Source of the DNA: an uncultured Acidobacteriota bacterium
GTDB lineage: Bacteria; Acidobacteriota; JAQAZP01
Length of the DNA stretch: 64,000 nucleotides
Direction of reading: 5' to 3'
Assembly: GCA_963836075.1 (NCBI GenBank)
Contig: CAWIIB010000001.1
Location: forward strand, 1,664,001-1,728,000
Numbering within the stretch: position 1 is the stretch's first letter; each line of letters begins with the position of its first letter. A program made the translations under genes and the position numbers. The notes under the pieces were generated by a model. The model ran no database searches. It had not been told where the DNA came from and was given only the letters and a program-made list of their open reading frames with translations. This document shows positions 49,884 to 60,967 of the stretch, in pieces.

Positions 49884-50469
49884 CTCTGGTCCCTCCTTCG
49901 CCGAACGGCCGCCCGGCCACTCCGTATTCCGGAAGCATCCCGCGCAGGGCCCGCAGGCCGTAATAGATCCGCGAACGGACCGTGCCCGCCGGGACCCCGG
50001 TGATCCGGGCGATCTCCTCCGAGTTGAACCCCTGCACCTCGCGGAGCAGGATCGCCGTGCGCTGTTCCAGCGGCAGCCGCCCCAGCGCCTCGCGCAGCAC
50101 CAGGGAAAGGTCGGCCCGCTGCCCCTCCGCCAGAGACCCGGCCGCCGCAGCCGCATCCAGTTCCCCACCGCCGGTGTGGGGCAAGGGTCTCACCACTTTG
50201 GCGGCCTTCATGTTTCCACGGCCCCGGTCACGACAGAGATTGAGCGCGATCTGGTGGATCCAGGATCTGAAGTGGCGGGGTTCGCGCAGGCGGCCGACGT
50301 TGAGAAAGGCCTTGAGCAGTGTCTCCTGGCAGGCGTCCCGCGCTTCCTCGTCATCCCCCAGCAGACGGCGGAGAAAGCGGAACAGCGCGCCCTGCTGACG
50401 TTTGGCCAGCAGGCCGAAGGCCCGGCGGCTCCCCTCCTGGGAAAGAACCGTCAACTGGGTGTCGCTCAT
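49876..50469 (-). CDS. ECF RNA polymerase sigma factor
   Basis: EARDACQETLLKAF, FRSWIHQIALNLCRD, EIARITGVPAGTVRSRIYYG. Confidence 0.93.
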   Translation of the reverse strand: MSDTQLTVLSQEGSRRAFGLLAKRQQGALFRFLRRLLGDDEEARDACQETLLKAFLNVGRLREPRHFRSWIHQIALNLCRDRGRGNMKAAKVVRPLPHTGGGELDAAAAAGSLAEGQRADLSLVLREALGRLPLEQRTAILLREVQGFNSEEIARITGVPAGTVRSRIYYGLRALRGMLPEYGVAGRPFGEGGTRDD

Positions 50470-50518
50470 GGTCTCCACGCTCAGGCCTCCATTCGGGTTT
50501 TCGCCTTTCACCTGTATA

Positions 50519-50546
50519 AGACGCAAGCGGGCCGCAAACTGTTGAA
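50519..50546 (-). promoter_or_regulatory. Putative ECF autoregulatory promoter
   Basis: Minus strand TTCAAC-N17-CGTCT, upstream of the ECF gene. Confidence 0.65.
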
Positions 50547-50639
50547 CGAAAAACAAGCTGTTTGATTTTTTCCCGCCGCGGAGTAGCATATCCCCTGTCC
50601 GACAGGTTCCCGAAGAAGAACTCGCAAAGGGGCTGAACC

Positions 50640-52737
50640 ATGCATACACCGTTCTGGAGCAGACTGATGATCATCACCGGAATCCTCCTCCCGCTGGCCT
50701 TCCATGCCGCGCCGGGCGACACCCCGGGCAACACCTCCGCAGCACCGGCCGAGACCGCCGTACCGGTCGAAACCGTTCAAGCGGTTGTCGACCAGCTGGT
50801 GGAAAAGTACGGCGATGCCGAGGAAGCGCGGATACGCCGCTGCGTGCCCCGTGCCGCGGCGGCGTGGCGGGCGGAGGACGGCACCGCCGAAGAGTTCGCC
50901 GCGTTCTGCCTCGAGCAGTTCCAGCCCGACGACGGGTCACTGGACCTGCTGGCCGACCGCTTCGAGCTGATCTCGGAGCAGGTCAACGGCTACCTGCACG
51001 AGATGAACCGCCTGCTGCGCGAGCCGCTGGACCTGGACCAGGGCCCGATCATGCCCCTGGACCTGCTGGCCGCCCGGGTCAACCTGGGGAACCACCTGCA
51101 GGCCGACCTCTTTGCCAACAAGGTGGCCTTTGCCGTGCTGGTCAACCTGCCGGTCTACAGTCTGGAGGAGATGATCGAGCTGGGACCGGGGTGGAGCCGC
51201 CGGGAGTGGGCCCGGGCCCGCATGGCCCAGGCCTTTTCCGAGCGCCTGCCTTCGGAGGTCTCGCGGGAGATCGGCCAGGCTTTTCTCGAGGCGGACCACT
51301 ACATCAGCAGCTACAACATCCGCATGGACCGCCTGCTGAACGGTGAGGACCAGCGGCCCTTCCCCGAGGGCCTGCGGCTGATCACCCACTGGGGCCTCCG
51401 CGACGAGCTGAAGTCGCAGTACAGCGAGCCGGACGGCCTGGACCGGCAGCGGCTGATCAAGACGGTGATGGAGCGGATCATCCGCCAGGAGATCCCGGCA
51501 GATGGTGATCGACAACCCGGACCTGCTCTGGGCGCCGGAGAGCAACCTGGTCTACCCGCTGCCGGCCGAGGGGAAAACCCTGGCCGACCCGCTGGACGCG
51601 GAGCGGGAGGCCGACGAGCGCTACGCCCAGCTGCTGAAGATCTTCCACGCCGTGCGCCTGGCCGACCCGTGGTCCCCGGACCAGCCCACCTTTATCCAGC
51701 GCCGCTTCGAGCGCTACCGCCAGATCCCGGAAACGGAAGTGGCCCGGCTGCTGGAGAGCATCCTCTCCTCGCCCCAGGCGGCCGAGGTGGGACGGCTGAT
51801 CTCCAGCCGGCTGGGCCGCCCGCTGGAGCCCTTCGACATCTGGTACAACGGCTTCGCCCCCCGGGGCAGCCACCGCGAGGAGGAGCTGGACCGGCTGGTG
51901 AAGGAACGCTATCCCGACGTGGCCGCCTTCCAGGCCGACCTGCCGGTGATCCTCGGCAAGCTCGGCTTCAGCAAGGAAGACGCCCAGTTCCTGGCCGGCA
52001 AGATCGTGGTGGACGCCTCCCGCGGGGTGGGCCACGCTTCCGGCGCCCAGCGCCGGGAGGACTCGGCCCACCTGCGCACCCGGGTGGGTGAAGACGGCAT
52101 GGACTTCAAGGGCTACAACATCGCGGTCCACGAGTTCGGCCACAACGTGGAGCAGGTGCTGACCCTGAACCGCATCGACCACACCATGCTGCAGGGGGTG
52201 CCCAACACCGCCTTCACCGAGGCCTTCGCCTTCATCTTCCAGGACCGGGACCTGGAGCTGCTGGGGCTCACCGAGGAAAACCCCGACGTGAAGCACCTCA
52301 AGGCCCTGGACAACTTCTGGTCGGTCTACGAGATCGGCGGGGTGGCGCTGGTGGACATGGGGGTCTGGCGCTGGATGTATGACCACCCCGAGGCCACCCC
52401 GGCCCAGCTGCGCGAAGCGGTAGTCGACATCTCGAAGGACATCTGGAACCGCTTCTACGCGCCGGTGTTCGGCGGGCGCGACGAGATCCTGCTGGGCGTC
52501 TACTCGCACATGATCGACGCCGGGCTCTACCTCCCCGACTACCCCATGGGGCACATCATCGCCTTCCAGGTCGAGAGCTACATGGAGGGCAAGAACCTGG
52601 CCGAGGAGATGAAGCGGATGTGCGCCCAGGGCAGCATCACCCCCGACGCCTGGATGCGCGGGGCCACCGGCTCGCCCATCACCACCGAACCGCTGCTGGA
52701 GGCCACCGCCAGTGCGGTGAAGGCGCTGGGGAATTGA
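50640..52737 (+). CDS. Secreted gluzincin-like metallopeptidase; frameshift near 51500
   Basis: Signal peptide; HEFGH with downstream FTEAFA; two ORFs join at EIPA/MVIDNP. Confidence 0.75.
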
Positions 52738-52758
52738 GATAAATAAATCGGGACAGAA

Positions 52759-52835
52759 AAAAGGTGACAGTCACCCCCGGGCGGGTGACTGTCACCTTTT
52801 GAGATTGCTTCGTCGCTACGCTCCTCGCAATGACA
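52759..52835. repeat. REP-like composite element (copy 1)
   Basis: GGTGACAGTCACC/GGTGACTGTCACC hairpin plus GATTGCTTCGTCGCTACGCTCCTCGCAATGAC. Confidence 0.8.
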
Positions 52836-52836
52836 G

Positions 52837-54303
52837 CTACGGCGCCATCCCCTGAATCACGCACACCGCAGTATCGGTGTCCCCGGCCGGCGGGTAGGGC
52901 GGCTGGTTGTATGGTGCGGGCGTCACGTCCACGGCCACCAGGGTGAATGTGTTGTCCCCCACCAGTGCGCTTAGAGCCGGCAAGTTCTGATACCAGGACG
53001 TGCCGAAGCTCTCCCCCGGATCGAGGTTGGTCCACCCGGCCCGCCAGTTGACGTAATTCCCGCCGCCGGCCAGGCTGATGTTGATCCGCGCCGCCATCCT
53101 CCGCACCTGGTCGACATAGATGTTGGTCAGGCTGGTGCTCATCTGGGTGATGAAGGGCAGGGTGCCCGACGACGGGCTGCAGATCAGGCCGGCGGTGATG
53201 GTGGAATCCCGGCCCAGCATTACGCTGACGATGTCGTTGCCGCTGTCGGTCACGGCCAGGTCCTGGACACCGTCGCCACTCAGGTCGCCGGCCGCCACCG
53301 CGGTGGGAGAGAGGAAGGGTCCTCCATGACTGCGATACGGCTGGAAGGTGCCGTCCCCGTTGCCCCGCAGCACGGAGACCTGGGTGCCGCCGTAATCGGG
53401 TGCGGACAGGTCTGGGATACTGTCATTGTTCAGGTCTGCGACGGTGACCCTGTAGGGGGCACTGCCCACCGGGCAATTCACTTCTGTCTGCAGTGTGCCG
53501 TCCCCGTTACCCAGCAGCACCGCCACCACGTCACCGTTGTAGCATGCCGCGGCCACGTCGAGGTGGCCGTCGCCGTCCAGGTCGCCGATATCCAGGTTGT
53601 AGACGCCCCAGGTGGTGGGATGGAGAACCATGGCCTGGAAGGTCCCGTCACCGTTGCCGGCCAGGATTCCCACTCCCGCGCTCAAGAACGGCCCCACCAC
53701 CAGGTCTGGTGCGCCGTCCTCGTTGAAGTCGCCAATAGAAACTGAATAGGGCGTGTTGCCGGCATAGTATGTCACCCGGCCCTGGAACGAGCCGTCGCCG
53801 TTGTTGATGAATACGTTTACCGTGTTATCGGCCTGGGTGGCCACCACCATGTCCGAGTGGCCGCTGCCGTCCAGATCGCCGATGGCCACTGCCCTTGGAC
53901 CGTTTCCGCTAAGCATATGCTCCGCGGGCTGGAACGTCCCGTCCCCGTTGCCAAGGAGCAGCGAGATGTTGCTGCCGCTGCCATTGGCGGACACCAGGTC
54001 AAGGTAGCCGTCCCCGTTCAGGTAGCCGATGGCCGCCGCGTTGGGATCGTTTCCCACCCCGTAGCCCACCGCGGCCTGGAAGGTGCCGTCGCCATTGCCC
54101 AGCAGCACCGAGAGTTGTTGGCCCCACCAATCCGCGGTGACCAGGTCGAGATTGCCGTCGTCATCGAGGTCACCGATGGCCACGTGGTTGGGATGGTCGC
54201 TGACGGCGTAGTCCACCCCGGTTTCGAATTGCTGCGCCTGCAGCGCCGCTGCCGGAAGAAGACCAAGCACCAGCAGAAAAACAAACAGATTTCGGGTATT
54301 CAT
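52837..54303 (-). CDS. Secreted FG-GAP/VCBS repeat beta-propeller protein with shared C-terminal domain
   Basis: Signal peptide; seven (G/A)D(L/F).GDG..D...LLGNGDGTFQ-type repeats. Confidence 0.92.
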   Translation of the reverse strand: MNTRNLFVFLLVLGLLPAAALQAQQFETGVDYAVSDHPNHVAIGDLDDDGNLDLVTADWWGQQLSVLLGNGDGTFQAAVGYGVGNDPNAAAIGYLNGDGYLDLVSANGSGSNISLLLGNGDGTFQPAEHMLSGNGPRAVAIGDLDGSGHSDMVVATQADNTVNVFINNGDGSFQGRVTYYAGNTPYSVSIGDFNEDGAPDLVVGPFLSAGVGILAGNGDGTFQAMVLHPTTWGVYNLDIGDLDGDGHLDVAAACYNGDVVAVLLGNGDGTLQTEVNCPVGSAPYRVTVADLNNDSIPDLSAPDYGGTQVSVLRGNGDGTFQPYRSHGGPFLSPTAVAAGDLSGDGVQDLAVTDSGNDIVSVMLGRDSTITAGLICSPSSGTLPFITQMSTSLTNIYVDQVRRMAARINISLAGGGNYVNWRAGWTNLDPGESFGTSWYQNLPALSALVGDNTFTLVAVDVTPAPYNQPPYPPAGDTDTAVCVIQGMAP

Positions 54304-54353
54304 GATGCCACCTCTTTCAGTTCTGCGGTTACAGTCACCCGGGACGACATCGC

Positions 54354-54396
54354 CCCGGTTATCCATATCGCGACAAAGAGCGGGACATCCGGACAG
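54354..54396 (-). promoter_or_regulatory. 43-bp shared upstream motif (copy 1), possible ECF promoter
   Basis: 39/43 identical to 57662-57704. Confidence 0.7.
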
Positions 54397-54421
54397 GATT
54401 ATTGACATAATTCAAAAATAA

Positions 54422-54524
54422 AACAGGTGACCGTCACCAGTTTCAGATGACGGTCACCTGTTGATGTGATTGCTTCGTCGCTGCGCTCCTCGCGATTAAA
54501 GGAGAAGCAGCGCTTCGCAATGAC
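54422..54524. repeat. REP-like composite element (copy 2)
   Basis: AACAGGTGACCGTCA/TGACGGTCACCTGTT hairpin plus GATTGCTTCGTCGCTGCGCTCCTCGC...TCGCAATGAC. Confidence 0.8.
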
Positions 54525-54531
54525 AACTGCT

Positions 54532-57500
54532 CTATGGCGAAATTCCCTGGACGGTGCAGACCTCCACGGCGGTGTCACCAGCCGGGGCATAGGGCGGCTG
54601 GTTAAAAGGCGCCGGTGTCACGTCCTGGCAGACCAGAGTGAAGACGTTGTTGCCCACCAGGGTGGGCAGGCCGGGGAAATTCTGTCCCCAGGTGGAGACG
54701 AAGCTGTCGCTGCCGGCGATGTTGGTATACCCGGCGCGCCAGTTGGGGAAGAAGGCCCCGCCGGCCAGCGAGACGTCGATATGAGCCGAGGCGCGGCGGA
54801 TGCTCGCCGTGTTGTTGACGATCTCGGCGGTGAAGACGCTGGTGAACGGCAGCTGGCCGGAGCTCGGGTTGGCGTCCAGCGTCGCGGCGATGGTCTGGCC
54901 CAGCGGCGAGGTGGAGACCTCAAGCGAGAACTGGCCCCCCTGCAACGCGTCGTACCCGTCGCAAATGATGTAGTAGGTGGTAGGGCCCGTGGGGGTGACG
55001 GTGACGCAGAAGTTCTCCGTTGCGCCGTAGCCGATCACGTCGCTGCCGCCGAGACAGCTGCTCCCCGGGGAAGTGCAGCTGGGAGTGAGGTATATCGCGG
55101 CGTCGAGGCCGGTGTCCGGCATCATCGTGACACAGATCTCGCTGGGCGAGGAAAGCTCCACGGCGTAGACCACGTCACGGCCAGGCGAGACATATCCGGT
55201 GCAGGGGTTGCCCGCGCCTGCATCGTAGTCGTCGCAGGCAGTGAAGCTGTGGTCATTGTAGGCGTAGCTACCATAGGCACTGGGAATCATTCTCGCGCCG
55301 GAGCAGAGGTCGTGGGCCGGGTGGGGGTTGACCTCCTGGAGGAAGTTGGTGGTGCCGTTCTGCGCCTCGCCGTAGGAGAACGAGACGAAGCTGCCCCCCA
55401 GGCTGAAGACGCCAGTGGCGTCGTCGGGCGCCTGGACGGTCCAGACCGCCTCTCCGGTGCTGCTCAGCGGCACCGTGCCCACCGTCTGCGGGTTGTCGCC
55501 GCTGACCAGCGTGTACCCCGTGGGCAGTTCCAGGGTCACGATCAGTTCGTGGCCGTGGATGTCGCCGGTATTGGCCACCTGGCCCACCACGGTGAAGGTT
55601 TCGGCGCAGGAGACGAAGGAGGGGCAGTTAAGGGAGAAGGAGGAGAAGTCCGGGCCGTCGACCTTGACCCAGAACTCCTCGGCGGCCAGCGCGTAGTCCT
55701 CGGAGGAGGCGCCGTCGATGGCGCTTGACCAGCAGTAGACCCTGGCCACCTTAAGCCCGTCGGACTGGGCCGAGACCTGGTGCACGTTATCGTCGGGGTC
55801 GAAGTCCCAGTCCTCGTACGTCCCGCCGGCCAGCTGGTCGTAGAGCCGCAGGTTGATGTCGGTCAGGGCATACCAGCTGGTGGGATAGGCGTCCCCGTTG
55901 TACCCCACGCGCCGCTGCCAGACCAGGGTGGCTTTCTCGTGCTGGTCCAGCCAGCCGGCATAGAGGTCGTAGTCGCCGTCCGTATTGCGGGGGGTGACGT
56001 TGTCGATGAAGTGGTCGCCGGCGTTGAACCAGGCCTCGTTGAGGTCGAGATAGCCCCAGCCGAAACGCACGTCCCAGTGGTCGCCGTCCACCGGCCCGTC
56101 ATCGGCGGTGGTCTGGGTGTTGTTTGAGGTCCAGGCGTCGGCCGTGTTGAGCAGCACCGCCTTCTGGGCCATCACCGTGCCGATGCCGAAGTCTTGAAGC
56201 AGCAAAGCGCCGGAGCCGGTCTTCGGAGCGGCCGAGCTGGTGCCGCCCAGGTTTTGCCAGCCGCCGCCGACGTCGGGGCTCCTGGTGTTGGTGCCCGGCG
56301 CGGTGATGTCCGGCTTGCGCCGGCCGTCCAGCGTGGGGCCGGTGCTGCTGCTGGAGGAGATTACGTCGTCTGTGCGGGTGGCCGTGTTGTTGTCCCACAT
56401 GTTGGCCGAGGCGATGAGGTTGAAGGCCGGTGCCGGGTGGGTGATTGTGGTCACACCATAGTTCTCATTCCCGGTGGACTTGCTGACCAGGAAGTCGTAA
56501 GTGCTGATCACCCCGTCGAAGAAACGGTCGAAACCACTGTAGTCCTCGTCATCGGCGATGCCGCAGCCCCAGGAGTAGTTGAACACCTCGGCGTTGTCGC
56601 CGCTGTAGGTCAGGATCCAGTCGAACCCGTCCATGGTGTTGTTTTCGCAGCCGGCGTTTTCGACGAAGATCTTGTCCAGGCCCGAGGCCAGGCCCTGGAA
56701 CGTGGAGTCGGTGCTGGCATACATGCCCGTGGTGCCGGTGCCGTGGTAGTCGTTTTCAGTGAAGTTCTCCACAAAGGTGTGGGAACTGAGCGCCGGATGG
56801 GTCTCGTCCACGCCGCCGTCGATGGAGGCGATGTCCCAGGGGTCGCCGTCGATCACCGGGCTGTCGTTGTGAAACGCGTCGGCGCCGGTGGAGCTGAACT
56901 GGTTGTCCAGTTCCGGTTCGCCTGCCCGGTTGGCGCTGATGGTGAGCACCAGGGGATGTCCGGACAGCAGTTGGACCACCGCCGGAGCGGCACGATAGCG
57001 GTGACGGCGTTCATCGCTGTGAGACGGCTGTTGACCTTCCCCCCGATCGACTGGATGAAGGCGCACAGCTCGTCCTGGCTGGGGGTGAAGGCCTGGCGCA
57101 GCTGCCGGGTGATCTCGTTGTCGGTCTCCGTGGTGAGGGTTTCCAGCTCCTGTTTCAGTTCGCTGATCCGTTGCCGGTCGGCAGCGGGCAGGTACTGTCC
57201 CCACCGGCGGACGAAGAACTGCTCCTCCACCGGGCTGAGCGAAGCGCCCTTGGGGAACCCCTTGCGCCGCAGGGAGGTGATCTCAGTCTTGATTTCCGCG
57301 GCCCGGTCGGCATGCAGCATCCTGACCTGGCGGCCGATGGCGTCTCCGCCCTGGGGCATGAGCAGGATATTCACCTCCACCAGCCCCTCGAGCGAACCGT
57401 TGCAGGTGTTCTGCGAGATGCCGGTCTCGACGATCTGCCGCAGCAGGGGGTCGATCCTGACCACCGGTTCGCGCTGGACGGGTTCACCCGATTCCGAGAC

Positions 57501-57596
57501 GTGGAACACCTCCTCCGCGGCCAGAGCCGGCAGCGCCAGGACTACCATGAAGACAAGGACGATGAGAAAGGACCCGATTCTCTCCTGATGCCACAT
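54532..57596 (-). CDS. Secreted S8 subtilase with Ig-like/Cys-rich domains and shared C-terminal domain; frameshift near 56990
   Basis: Signal peptide at 57596; catalytic IDGGVD, HGTG, GTSSAAP; RRKPDITAPG. Confidence 0.88.
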
Positions 57597-57661
57597 TTTT
57601 CTTCCTCCCCTGTGGATCGTTGAGCTTCCGGGCTCGGTAGAAACTTTGCAACCGATTCCGG

Positions 57662-57704
57662 CCCGGTTGTCCATATCGCGACAAAGGGAGGGAAATCCGG
57701 ACAG
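57662..57704 (-). promoter_or_regulatory. 43-bp shared upstream motif (copy 2)
   Basis: Minus strand CTGTCCGGATTTCCCTCCCTTTGTCGCGATATGGACAACCGGG. Confidence 0.7.
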
Positions 57705-57718
57705 ATTCTTTGATTTTT

Positions 57719-60105
57719 TCAGGGGGATGAGAGAGGGGCCGACTCCTGCTCCGCCAGGGTCTGGTAGTGTGCCGCACGGTCGGTGTCGCCGGTGGTGCCA
57801 TAGAGTTGGGCAAGATACTCGTAGATTCTCCGGGTGCGCCAGTGATCGTTGCCGAGGATGGCCCGCACGCCTTCGAGACAGGTGAGCAGCTCCTCTTCGG
57901 CCTCAGCGTGGCGGCCCAGATGCATCAAGTGTACGGCCGCGTGTCGAGTGAAGCCACGGTTTCAACCAGTGACCTTCCTCGATGACATCGGGGGCCAACC
58001 CGATCGCCTCTTCAAGTTGGGGCAGTGCTTCTTCGTTGCGGCCCATCACACTTAATTGCAGACCGAGATTGTGCAGGCCGATGATCACGCTCTGGCTCTG
58101 GTCGCCGTGCACCCGCCGGCGGGTCTCCAGGGAGCGTTGGAACATTTCCAGGGCCTGGTCGTGCAGTTCCAGTTCCTGGTAGAGAAAGGCCAGATTGTTC
58201 AGGGCGATGGCGGTACGCGGGTGATCCTTACCAAACTCCTCTTGAAACCAGGCGTAGGCCTCTTCCAGAAGCGGCCTGGCCTCTTCGAGTTTCCCCTGCT
58301 GGCGGTAGACGTTGCCCAGCGACGCCATGGTGGTGATGGTCTCGTCATCCGGTGATTTCTTTACCGCCAGTGACCGTCTGAGACACTCTTCGAACAGCCG
58401 TTCCGCTTCGTCGATATCCCCCTTGTCCCAGTGCACCAGCGCCAGTTCGTGATAGGCCGTGATCCGCTCCGGGTGGTCCTCGACCAAGATTCTCCGCGGC
58501 CAGGTCAAACCCCTGGCGGACCCAACGCTCGGCTTCCTCCAGGTTTCCCAGGTCCAGATGCAGCGCGCCAATGTCCAGCAACAGTCCCACACGACTTTCC
58601 ACGGGGAAGTCGGGCAACTGGTTGCTGATTTCCATGGCCCGCAGCAGGTGCGGCTCGGCCTCGTCATACAGGCCGAGACCGTAATATGTGTAGCCCAGTC
58701 GATGGTGGGCCTGGGCCGCCACCTCCGGCTGGTCTTCCAGAGTCTTGTCCAGGGTTTGGGAAGCCCGTTCGAGAAGTTCCACCACCTTGACCTCGCGACC
58801 GTCAACCCAGGGGTCGGGGGCCTCCAGCATCTCGGAGAGGTAGGTGTTGAGCAGCTTGGCCTTCTCCGCTTCGGTCTCGGCGCGGGTGCGGGCCCTGGCG
58901 GCCGAGTTCCAGCCGGCCACAGAGATCACCAGGCCGGCCACCAGGGCGGTCAGGGCCAGGCCGGCCAGGGAGACCAGTCCCCGGTTGCGCCGGGCGAACC
59001 GCATGAACTGGTAGCCGAGGCTCGGCGGGCGGGCGCTGATCGGCTCGTGGTTCAGAAACCGCCGCAGGTCGGCGGCCAGTTCCGCGGCCGAGCCGTAGCG
59101 CCGGTCCTTCTCCTTCTGCAGGCACTTGCCGATGATCGTTTCCAGGTCGGCGGCAAAGGACTGGCCCGAGGCGCCGAGGGTGGAGGGATTCTCGTGCTCG
59201 ATGATCCGGGCCGCCTCGCTGATGCTCTTCCCGGAGATGGTCTGGGGCAGCCGCCCGGTGAGCAGCTCGTAGCCCAGCACGCCGAGGGTGTAGACATCGG
59301 AACGGATGTCCAGTTCCTCGTGCTGTCCCCGCACCTGCTCGGGGCTCATGTAGGCCAGGGTGCCGATGATCTGCCCGATGTCGGTCTGCATGGTGGTGGC
59401 CTGCAGGTCGGCGTCGGTGATCCGGGCCACGCCGAAGTCGAGCACCTTGGGCTGGCCGTCCGGGCGCACGAGGATGTTGGCCGGTTTGAGGTCGCGGTGG
59501 ATCACCCCGCGGCGGTGGGCGTGGTTCACCGCGTCACAGACCTTGATCAGCAGTTCCAGCCGTGCTTCGGTCCGCAGTTCGTGTTCCTCGGCGTAGCCGG
59601 GTCAGCGGCAGGCCGTCGACCAGTTCCATGGCAAAGAAGGGCTGGGTCCCGGTGGGGGTCTCCAGGGTTGCGGCCTCGAAGATCTGGGCGATGCCGGGGT
59701 GGTCCAGACGGCCCAGCACTTCGGCTTCCAGTTCGAAACGCCGGAGCAGTTGCGGGGAGACGGCGCCGCTGCGGATCAGCTTCAGCGCCACCTGGCGTCT
59801 GGGGTGCTCCTGCTCGGCCCGGTAGACCACGCCCATCCCGCCGGCGGCCAGGACTTCGATGATGCGGTAGTTGCCGAGGGATTTGCCGACCCACGGATCG
59901 TCGCGGACCATCGAGCCGATGAGCCGGCTGTTCCATGAATCCGTCCGCCGCGGCATCGGCATCGAGGAGCGAGGCCACCTCCGCGTGCAGTTCCCCATCG
60001 TCACCACAGGCATCCCTGAGAAAGGTCTCGCGCTGCTCAACGGGCAGACCGATGGGCCTCTTCCAACAGCTCCATCACCCGTTCCAACCGCTGGTCATCA
60101 GACAT
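57719..60105 (-). CDS. Hanks-type Ser/Thr kinase with TM helix and TPR repeats; multiple frameshifts
   Basis: ACGDD.EL..EV.SLL N-terminus, [35 protein letters not shown]; TPRs ([12 protein letters not shown]). Confidence 0.9.
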
Positions 60106-60680
60106 CGCCGGTGGTGCCTCCGCCCTTCAGCTCCCGGAGCAGCCAGGCCCGGGCGTAGATCCAGCGCCGGCGGACAGTGCGGTCGGAGACGCCGAGCACC
60201 TCGGCGATCTCTTCCTCGGTGAGCCCGCTGAAGTATTTCAGTTCCACCACCTGCCGTGAATCGGCGGACTGCCTCGTCCAGCTTGTTCAGGGCCTGGTCC
60301 AGGGCCAGCAGATCGATCTCGGCATCACCGGCATCCGCTACATTGGCCAGTGTCACCCGCTGGCGTTGACCGTAGCGTTTGTCCCGGTTGCGCTTGCGCG
60401 AGTGGTCCACCAGCACCCGGCGGATCTGGTGGGCCGCCACACGGAAGAAATGCAACCGGTTGTGCCACTGCACGTCCTGCTGCTCGAACAGCTTGAGATA
60501 GACTTCATGGACCAGGGCGGTGGGCTGCAGGGTGTGATCGGGGCGCTCCAACCGCAGCTGGGCGGCGGCAAGACCGCGCAGTTCGCTGTAGACCAGTTCG
60601 ATCAGCTGATCCAGAGCAAGCTCGTCTCCGTGATCGCTGGCCTCCAACAGCCGGATAAGCTGTTCGGCAGGTTCTCCCAT
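60098..60680 (-). CDS. Kinase-associated ECF sigma factor (TIGR02999-type); frameshift near 60270
   Basis: [26 protein letters not shown], then after the shift [37 protein letters not shown]. Confidence 0.92.
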
Positions 60681-60790
60681 TGGTCGGCCTCTTGAGAATA
60701 TCCCGGAAGGACAAAGAGCCGTAAGATCTTAAAAACAAGGGTAGTGGAAAGCCGGACTGCAGTCAAATCGTGCCTGGCCTCAGCCGGGAC

Positions 60791-60833
60791 AAAAAAAACC
60801 CCTGATCGCCGGTGCCGGCTTTCAGGGGGTTTT
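60791..60833 (-). terminator. Rho-independent terminator, possibly bidirectional
   Basis: A8-CCCCTGA...TCAGGGGG-TTTT. Confidence 0.75.
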
Positions 60834-60967
60834 ATCGTACGATGTCATCGTGAAGAGCGTGTCCTCGCAAGCACAGCGAAACGATCTCTTCTGTCACCAT
60901 GAGGAGCAGGCGAAGCCGGCGACGCGGCGATCTTTGCAACAAACGGGGCCTGACCCCATTTGTTGCA

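Noticed and set aside
53200-54200. Periodic DNA repeats as CRISPR or a DGR template
   Set aside because: They are the coding FG-GAP repeats; no spacers, cas genes or reverse transcriptase
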